A DNA stretch of 64,000 nt. Origin: an uncultured Armatimonadia bacterium (GTDB taxonomy: Bacteria > Armatimonadota > Zipacnadia > CAVVLO01). The stretch is from the NCBI GenBank assembly GCA_963749155.1, contig CAVVLO010000001.1, forward strand, positions 672,001 to 736,000. The letters run 5' to 3'. This document shows, piece after piece, positions 33,182 to 40,151 of this stretch. Positions within the stretch are counted from its first letter, which is position 1; every line of letters starts with the position of its first letter. A program made the position numbers and the translations under genes. Under the pieces are notes generated by a model that did not search any database, was not told the DNA's origin, and was given only the letters and a program-made list of their open reading frames with translations.

Positions 33182-33812
33182 ATGACCCAAGCCCAGAGCC
33201 TTTGGAAAGAACGCCTCCCCCTGTGGCGATTCAGCCTGCTGCTCGCTCTGCTTATTGTTTCTCTCATCGTATTCGCGCGCGTCTCCAAGGCCACTCCAAC
33301 GAACCCCCTGTTCAAGCTTAAGCAATTCGTGCTGGAGCAGAAGCAGCAGCACCAGCAGAAGCTGGACCTCGAGCGCGACCCCACTCTCTGGCCAGCCAAG
33401 GCCCGAAGGCCTGACCCAGTGGCTCGCGCAGCAGGGGCTCGCGGGCAAGCCGCTGGCGCTGCTGATGATAGGCTCCTGCAGCGAGTGCGCCACAAGCTAT
33501 CTCAAGGCCTGGAGCGACTTCGCCGCGCTGCCCGGCGCGCCGGCGGTGGTGGTCTTCGCGGCCAGTGAAGAAGCCCAGGTCGAGGTTTTCCTCGCAAAAC
33601 ACCCTGAGCTCAACCTGAAGCTGAAGGTGGCGCCATATCCGGGGCTGGAGAAGGAGCTCAACGCCATCTTCCGGCCCCGCGCCTACTACTACGGGGCGGA
33701 TGGCGCGCTGGGGTGGCTTCAGGGCGACCACACCGACCCCTGGGCGACGCTTGCAGAACTGAAGGAACGGCTCGGACTGGCCGGGGAGGGCAAGGCAGAT
33801 GCGCAAGACTAG
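33182..33812 (+). CDS. Membrane-anchored thioredoxin-fold protein T2 (CSEC), indel near 33395
   Basis: N-terminal TM; GKPLALLMIGSCSEC; LNAIFRPRAYYYG; paralog of T1; overlaps the P4 start. Confidence 0.65.
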
Positions 33813-34506
33813 AGGTTTCACCCTTATCGAGTTGCTGATCGTGATGGCTATCCTGACCCTGCTGGCGGGAATCCTCTTCACCGTCTTCGCCGGCGCGAAG
33901 GAGAAAGCCCGCCAGACCCACTGTATGAATAACCTCAAGCAGCTCGGGGCAGCCATCCTGCTGTATAAGCAGGATTATGATGGTGGCTGGCCAGAGTTCG
34001 CGTGGCAGACCTATCCGCAGTATGTTAGCGACAAGGCGCTGTTCGTCTGCCCAGATGACGGCACAGCATCCAGTATCCGTAAGTCCTTCGAGGCCCGACA
34101 CGGCGCCTATGAATCGTATGCGAGAGGCGGGGGAGACCATCTCCCCATATTGTCTGGATTGTTTCTCCGCCAAGCCGCGATCCCGGAGACCGATTGCGGT
34201 TCGCGGGCGATGGCTTTGGCCAGCTGGCACTACCACGATCGATACCCGGTGCTCAGGTGTTTCAATCATCTGTTCCCAGGTAGTGACTGTGACTCCCGCG
34301 CGTTCGACAAGCTGCGAGAGACGCAGGAGGTGCGCGGCGTGATACCTACGCTGAAACAGGATGGCAGTATTGTGATGGAAATCGTGCCTTCTCGTTACGG
34401 ATCGAACCCCTTGGCGGGAAGTGTTGGTGCCCACATAACTGGCAAGGAATGGATGGATGTGCTGAGAAGCTACAAGGAGCAGCTTGGGTGTGAAGAGGAG
34501 GATTGA
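33799..34506 (+). CDS. Prepilin-type protein P4 (head type A)
   Basis: Intact 235-aa ORF, RG|FTLIELL, ends KEQLGCEEED. Confidence 0.88.
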   Translation: MRKTRGFTLIELLIVMAILTLLAGILFTVFAGAKEKARQTHCMNNLKQLGAAILLYKQDYDGGWPEFAWQTYPQYVSDKALFVCPDDGTASSIRKSFEARHGAYESYARGGGDHLPILSGLFLRQAAIPETDCGSRAMALASWHYHDRYPVLRCFNHLFPGSDCDSRAFDKLRETQEVRGVIPTLKQDGSIVMEIVPSRYGSNPLAGSVGAHITGKEWMDVLRSYKEQLGCEEED

Positions 34507-34507
34507 G

Positions 34508-35242
34508 ATGGCAAAGCGAGGTTTCACCCTTATTGAGCTGCTGATTGTGATGGCCATCCTGACCCTGCTGGCGGGAATCCTGTTCACCGTCTTCGCCGGC
34601 GCGAAGGAGAAAGCCCGCCAGACCCACTGTATGAACAACCTCAAGCAGCTCGGGGCAGCGATCCTGCTCTATAAGCAGGACTACGATGGGGGGTGGCCGC
34701 AGTCCAGGCACTGCTCGCTGTTCCCACACTATGTTCAGGACCGAGCAGTGTTCGTCTGCCCAGACGACGCAACCGACTCGAGAACACGCGACGGCGCTAG
34801 AGGCGCGCTGACGGCGCTGTACTGCAGCTATACGCGGGGTAGAGGCGACTACCTTCTGCGGTTGTCTGGATGGGAGTATGAGCGGGTGACAGCCAGTGCG
34901 AACTGTGAGCTCAAGTTCGCCATGCTGTCAACCCAACCCTTCACCTCCCGATTCCCGATGTTGGTTTGTCGCTGGCATCTCCTGCCCGGATCGGATGTGC
35001 TCCGTGCTGAGTTCACGCAGCAGATAGAGACGGCCAGAATTCAAGCACCAATACTGAAGCTGAACCAGGATGGCAGCGTAGTCCGGTGGATGGTACCCAC
35101 ACAAACCGGGGGCTACGAAAACGCTGACACCACTCTGGGCGTCATAGCCTATAGCCGAGAGGAGGCCGCCACTGCTCGCAGGAGGGCAAGAGAGCTCCTG
35201 CGGGCCCAGGGCGGCTGCGACGACTTTCTGAACAGGAGGTGA
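34508..35242 (+). CDS. Prepilin-type protein P5 (head type B)
   Basis: MAKRG|FTLIELL; GAGGAGG RBS; ends GGCDDFLNRR. Confidence 0.88.
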   Translation: MAKRGFTLIELLIVMAILTLLAGILFTVFAGAKEKARQTHCMNNLKQLGAAILLYKQDYDGGWPQSRHCSLFPHYVQDRAVFVCPDDATDSRTRDGARGALTALYCSYTRGRGDYLLRLSGWEYERVTASANCELKFAMLSTQPFTSRFPMLVCRWHLLPGSDVLRAEFTQQIETARIQAPILKLNQDGSVVRWMVPTQTGGYENADTTLGVIAYSREEAATARRRARELLRAQGGCDDFLNRR

Positions 35243-35249
35243 GAAGACT

Positions 35250-35590
35250 ATGAGAAGGCTCGATGTCTGCAACCGTCGTGTATGTAGTGCTGGTGGCAGT
35301 GGCGCTCGGCGTATTTGGTCTTGCCATCATTGCGTCGGCCGACGACTGCATACACTACTACATGTGTGGTCCAACGTACAACACATGCTGCGTTAAAGGG
35401 GTGCACCTACACGTCTTTCGGCTCGTATGACGTGGTGAGCTGCTACGAGATGATCGGGATAGGTGGTATAACTATCGCTTGCTACAAGAAAGTGGCGGAT
35501 GCGATCAATCCCTCGTGCCCGACGCCGCCACACCTGTGCACGGACGGGAAGTATGAGCAAGTGACAGGGCATTGCTCGGAGGACTGGTAG
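35250..35590 (+). CDS. Cys-rich secreted miniprotein C1 (10 Cys; extra G near 35400)
   Basis: GGAGGTGAGA RBS. Reconstructed ...VAVALGVFGLAIIASA|DDCIHYYMCGPTYNTCCVKG-CTYTSFGSYDVVSCYEMIGIGGITIACYKKVADAINPSCPTPPHLCTDGKYEQVTGHCSEDW*. Start is 35250 (needs a further indel) or 35263. Confidence 0.7.
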
Positions 35591-35611
35591 CGACACGGAC
35601 CAGAATAACAA

Positions 35612-35680
35612 GAGCAGGGGGACGGTGGGTCCCCTGCTCCACCTCTCTCCGGCCAGGCGCGCTACGAGGAGGCGCAAATG
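35612..35680. repeat. Cassette-boundary repeat copy 1 (GC hairpin plus RBS spacer)
   Basis: GAGCAGGGGGAC-GGTGG-GTCCCCTGCTC-CACCTCTCTCCGGCCAG...GCGCTACGAGGAGGCGCAAATG. Confidence 0.85.
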
Positions 35681-36387
35681 CGCAAAGACGAGGTTTCACC
35701 CTTATCGAGCTGCTGATCGTGATGGCCATCCTGACCCTGCTGGCGGGCATCCTGTTCACCGTCTTCGCCGGCGCGAAGGAGAAAGCCCGCCAGACCCACT
35801 GTATGAACAACCTCAAGCAGCTTGGGGCAGCGATCCTGCTCTATAAGCAGGACTACGATGGGGGGTGGCCTAAGGATCTGGCCCGGATATACCCGCATTA
35901 TGCGAACAGCTCTGCAGTGTTCGTATGCCCTGACGCGGTTGCGACTGCTGAGGAGCGAGAAGCTGCCCACCGCAGGAAGGGACTCTTCGTGTCGTATGAG
36001 CGCCTTGGGGGCTCCGCCTTGGGTGCGCTGTCCGGCGAGCAACTTGACCGGGTTCTTCGAACTCCTCAGTCGAGCTGTCTGGACAAGGTCGTCGCCTATG
36101 TGACGAACGATGTCGCCAGCAGGCTCCCGGTCCTGTGGTGCGTGGATCACCTGCTCCCTGGCGAGAACTGCATGCGCACAGGCTTCAGGGAGCGCGTGCT
36201 CGAGAACAACGTGCGGGGGGTGATGCCGACACTTGAGCAGGATGGGAGCGTGATAGTAGTGGCAGTGCCGACGCGGTACGATCCCAACCCCTTCGCGTTC
36301 AACGCGATGGCTAGAATGACAGGGCACGAGTGGCAGCGCTTAGTCGACTCGTGGAAAAAGCAGCTTGGTTGTGAGGACGAGCAGTAA
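35678..36387 (+). CDS. Prepilin-type protein P6 (head type A; indel in the first codons)
   Basis: ATG 35678 follows GAGGAGG as in P7; RG|FTLIELL in ORF 35572-36387; ends KKQLGCEDEQ. Confidence 0.82.
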
Positions 36388-36411
36388 GCTTGCGAATTGG
36401 AGGTGAGACAA

Positions 36412-36760
36412 GTGAGAAGACTGTCTGTTGCAACAATGCTGTGGTTCGTCCTTCTGGCGCTGGTGTTGGGCGTGCTCGCGCAGCTTGTGCTTGCGGACGA
36501 CTGCACAGGTACCCACTGGCTCTGTGGCACCTGGTACGACACCTGTTGCGCGCGTGGGTGCAGCGTCGAGTATTGGGATCCCATCGATTTCCAGATCTCG
36601 TGCCACGAGGTAGATATCAATGTGGGTTACGTCACGTACACGGGCAAGTGCGTCGAGTATCGGGACACAGCAAATCAATACACCTGCCCTACGCAGGAGC
36701 CTCCGTGCAACCGCACACACTGGTGGTTCTGGCCCATGGAATCCTGCCTAGGCAACCTAG
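36412..36760 (+). CDS. Cys-rich secreted miniprotein C2 (10 Cys)
   Basis: GGAGGTGAGA RBS, GTG start; MRRLSVATMLWFVLLALVLGVLAQLVLA|DDCTGTHWLCGTWYDTCCARGCSVEYWDPIDFQISCHEVDINVGYVTYTGKCVEYRDTANQYTCPTQEPPCNRTHWWFWPMESCLGN. As sequenced it reads on to 36843; the likely true stop is the out-of-frame TAG at 36758-36760. Confidence 0.75.
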
Positions 36761-36832
36761 GCAGGGGGACGGTAGGTCCCCCTGCTCCACCCCTCTCCCG
36801 GCCAGACCGCGCGCTACGAGGAGGCGCAAATG
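36761..36832. repeat. Cassette-boundary repeat copy 2
   Basis: GCAGGGGGAC-GGTAG-GTCCCCCTGCTCCACCCCTCTCCCGGCCAGACCGCGCGCTACGAGGAGGCGCAAATG. Confidence 0.85.
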
Positions 36833-37564
36833 CGCAAGACTAGAGCTTTCACCCTTATCGAGCTGCTGATCGTGATGGCCATCCTGACCCTGCTGGCAGG
36901 AATCCTGTTCACCGTCTTCGCCGGCGCGAAGGAGAAAGCCCGCCAGACCCACTGTATGAACAACCTCAAGCAGCTCGGGGCGGCGATACTGCTCTACAAG
37001 CAGGATTATGACGGGGGGTGGCCGCCGGAGGCACGCGCTCTCTTCCCTCATTATGTAGCTGATAAACAGGTCTTCGTGTGTCCAGACGACTGCACCCCCC
37101 AGAGAGAGCGCCGACGGATAGACGAGACATACACGCCCTATTGCAGCTATGACCGGGGTACTGGCGACTACCTGCCGACTTTATCGGGGTGGGCCCTGGA
37201 GCAGGCAATGGCTTCCTTCAACTGCGACCTGAAGGCCAAAGCCCTGGCCGAGCGAGCCTTCCTGGCCCGGCTGCCGGTACTTGTCTGTCTCTGGCACCTG
37301 CTGCCTGGCGCAGATGTGCCTGCTGTGGATTTCAACCGACGCCTGGTTGAGGCGGAGATACAGGCTCCAGCTTTGGTTCTCCGCCAGGATGGGAGTGTGG
37401 ATCGCCTGATGGTTCCATCCGAGACAGGAGGGTACCTCGACGGCATCCGCGGTACCGGTGTGCATGGCTACACGCTGGCAGAATGGATCCCAGCACTTAA
37501 ACGAGCCAGAGAGCAACTGCGCGCGTCGGGTCACTGTACAGATGAAGAAGAAGAGGGGAGGTGA
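36830..37564 (+). CDS. Prepilin-type protein P7 (head type B)
   Basis: Intact 244-aa ORF, MRKTRA|FTLIELL, ends GHCTDEEEEGR. Confidence 0.88.
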   Translation: MRKTRAFTLIELLIVMAILTLLAGILFTVFAGAKEKARQTHCMNNLKQLGAAILLYKQDYDGGWPPEARALFPHYVADKQVFVCPDDCTPQRERRRIDETYTPYCSYDRGTGDYLPTLSGWALEQAMASFNCDLKAKALAERAFLARLPVLVCLWHLLPGADVPAVDFNRRLVEAEIQAPALVLRQDGSVDRLMVPSETGGYLDGIRGTGVHGYTLAEWIPALKRAREQLRASGHCTDEEEEGR

Positions 37565-37572
37565 GAAAGAAG

Positions 37573-37665
37573 GTGAGAGAGTTGAAGAAACTCGCTTGCC
37601 CCGACGGCGAGCCGCCCTGCACTCTCACAAAGTGGGAGTTCGAGATCTGGGGAGAGTGCGACTGA
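37573..37665 (+). pseudogene. Internally deleted third Cys-rich miniprotein C3
   Basis: GGAGGTGAGA RBS then VRELKKL-ACPDGEPPCTLTKWEFEIWGECD*, which matches the last three Cys of C2 (CPTQEPPCNRTHWWFWPMESC). Confidence 0.65.
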
Positions 37666-37679
37666 GCCTAAAAAAACAA

Positions 37680-37720
37680 GAGCAGGGGGACGGTAGGTCC
37701 CCCCTGCTCCACCCCTCTCC
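37680..37720. repeat. Cassette-boundary repeat copy 3
   Basis: GAGCAGGGGGAC-GGTAG-GTCCCCCCTGCTC-CACCCCTCTCC, preceded by an A-run. Confidence 0.85.
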
Positions 37721-37831
37721 TGGACGAAGTCCAGAAGAATTCTATTTCTATTTAAATTATACCACCAAGCTGCGTACACGCAAGCCCTCTCTTTTTCCCG
37801 CAAGAAGGCCTCTCCAGTTGGTTTTTGAGGG

Positions 37832-37940
37832 GGGCCGGTGCTGTGTTACACTCTCTTTTATGTACCTGCCCAGTGGCGAGAACCTGAAAAAGTGGAAGCT
37901 GTGCCCAAGCGAGAGGCCTCCTGGTTGCTTTGCTGCTTGT
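37832..37940. repeat. ~110-bp diverged direct repeat copy A (promoter and 5' end of the Grx-CcdA gene)
   Basis: GGGCCGGTGCTGTGTTACACTCTCT...GAGAGGCCTCCTGGTTGCTTTGCTGCTTGT matches 43444-43553. Confidence 0.85.
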
Positions 37941-37987
37941 GCCCGGCCCTTGCAGTCTAGACGCAACAGCAGACGTTTGGAGGAACG

Positions 37988-39762
37988 ATGAGAAGTTTGA
38001 TGCTCATTGAGTTGGCCATACTGGTCGCATATATTCTCGCGTTCACCACCACTCTTGGGCTTGCTGCTTCCGAGGGCAACGAACCCGGCAGACCCTCGGC
38101 GCCCTTGCAGGCTAGTGCAACGGAAAATTCCGCCTCTTTCATCAAGGTCACCCAGGCCGACGGAGTATTCGTCAAGCAGCCGCTGGTTCGATCCAGTCAC
38201 TATGACGAGAAGCTAGCCAGCCAAAATACAGCACGCATCAAGGCCATCATGAGCTCCCCGGCCATCAGCCAATATTGCCGAATCTACTTTCCGGCAGGGG
38301 CCTATTATTTCAACGGCGCCGCAACTGGCTGGAACGCCAGCATCCAGTCTACTGCCAAGTACCAATCTTTCACTGGCGATGGGATCAATGCTACTCGCCT
38401 TATTCAGAAAAGCCTGGATGTCCCAGCCACAATCAAGCTCAGCCATAGTAACTGCACAATCCAGGACTTATCAATTATGTCTTCTGATTACCAGCAGGAT
38501 TTCAATGAGGATTGGGACAAGCACCCGCATCAGACGGCAATCGCACTGGAGTCTTCAGCCTTTACGCATACCGATCCGCAGATATTGAATGTCAACATCA
38601 ATACCAGCGGAAACAACATTATCATCGATGGATTCTTCCGTCCCTTCAAGACAGGCATAAGGATCACCGGCCCGTGGTTCAATGTCTATGCGCACACAAT
38701 GTTTATGTTGTATGTCCACAATGCTATCTATGTAAACCAGGGCAATATGTGCGGGGGCCGGCAAAGTTCCTGGATATCAACGCGTACGCCACCTCTCCTC
38801 ATACGGAGAAGCCAGTTACCCAGACCTGGAACACGTTCTTCAAGAGTGAAGGGCATTTCATGGAGCAGGTCGAGCTTATCCACTGCACTTATATAGGCTC
38901 TCAGTTCATCTGCATGGATGGCGCCAAGCTCTCCCCGGGTGACGATAACTCTACCAAGACGGCGACTACCCCGGTTTACAACATGATCGTGGATCATTGC
39001 TACATAAACTCACTCTGGCTACCGTCACCCTCGGAGGAGGCGAAGTGGTCAGGTATTTACTTGAATCTGCCGCCAAGGCCAGGAGGTATTGAGCCGGGAT
39101 TTGGCACGGAGCTTTACAGCAGGCAGGTAGTCTTCACCAACAATACCTGTATGGGCAAGACCCCGCGCAACGGAGCGTTTTTCTACATCGAGGGCAACGT
39201 TAGAGATGTAACACTTCAAGGTAATCATATTGCCTCGGGAGGAGGAGATCGCTGCATCTATATTCGGGCCACCCGCCCGTTCCTGGATACAGATGTAGCG
39301 GTGCGTGATATCAAGATCTCCGATAACTACTTCGAGGATTTCCAGGCGCCGATTACGATCGGAGGAAACAAGCAAGATCTATCACGAACCAGTAACAACG
39401 CAGGCCAGGATGATGATCCTTACTGGGTCGAAGGCGTGACGATTACCGGTAACAGGTCTTACTATTTGCCGGTCACAGAGAAGTATCAACTTACGGGTAT
39501 TCTCTTGAACCGCGCGCGGCGTGTCCTTGTGCAGGCCAACACACTCGCCAGGACCAGTGGATCGTCGGTCATCCTGAACGAGTGCGAAGACATCATAATG
39601 CAGGACAATATGTTCGCTGGTCTTGCTGATATGGGCGAGAACGGGATAGTACTGCAGAAATGCAAGACGGCTATTTTGATCGGAAACATAACGCGCGGTT
39701 TTCGGCATGGGATTTTACAGCAGGGCTCCGAGAACGTGACGCTCGCAAACAATTTGGAGTAG
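37988..39762 (+). CDS. Secreted right-handed parallel beta-helix (pectin lyase-like) protein, indel near 38755
   Basis: Signal peptide; IYFPAGAY, GDGINATRL; repeated (I/V)TGN/QGN/QDN turns. Joins ORFs 37988-38896 and 38512-39762. Confidence 0.75.
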
Positions 39763-39859
39763 GGCGTGTATCACCCTCCCCTGACCGCCACCATGAGGGA
39801 GCCAGATTACCGGGCCAAAGGGGCACTGATGACAGCTAGTGATAACCGTGCATTAGATA

Positions 39860-39999
39860 TGGATTCCCCCGCAATATGCAATCCTCTAGTATGATATCAG
39901 AGGGAGATAGAACAGATGAAAGAGTATAGCACGGAGTTTCGGGAGGAAGCGGTAAAGCTGGTGATCGAGGGCAAGCGAGGCCAGGCGCTGACTTCCTAA
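39860..39999 (+). mobile_element. IS3-family left-end remnant (truncated orfA)
   Basis: TG-initiated end TGGATTCCCCC, then RBS and MKEYSTEFREEAVKLVIEG...* (39916-39999), like the start of the IS3 OrfA HTH; no orfB. Confidence 0.6.
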
Positions 40000-40151
40000 A
40001 GTCCCCTTCACCAAGTTTACCTTGGATCACCACAAATCGAACCCCAAGGCGGTACCGCCCTTCGAGGCAGCCCGGTCGCAGGTTGACCTACCGCAGGAAA
40101 GCCGGTGCAGATTGAGAAAACACCGCGCTAGCCAGGAGAGTCCAGGCTCTT

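Noticed and set aside
35250..36760. Cys-rich proteins as methylamine dehydrogenase small subunits (with MauD-like T1/T2) or radical-SAM RiPP precursors
   Set aside because: No Tat motif, no conserved Trp pair (C1 has a single terminal Trp), no large subunit or MauG, and no modifying enzymes nearby.
36761..36843. C-terminal extension of C2 and N-terminal extension of P6 (ORF from 35572)
   Set aside because: Both translate the non-coding boundary repeat and are best explained by single-base indels.
30157..37564. Diversity-generating retroelement acting on the pilins
   Set aside because: No reverse transcriptase, and no TR/VR pair differing only at adenines; the repeats are at the 5' ends and differ at synonymous sites.
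33799..37665. Classical polymorphic toxin-immunity array
   Set aside because: The variable C-termini are all homologous with conserved motif spacing rather than swapped unrelated toxin domains, and every copy keeps a full N-terminus. A looser cognate-pair model is retained as a hypothesis.
35612..37720. Hairpins as integron attC sites or CRISPR repeats
   Set aside because: No RYYYAAC/GTTRRRY boxes, no integrase or cas genes; spacing is about 1 kb and contains whole genes.
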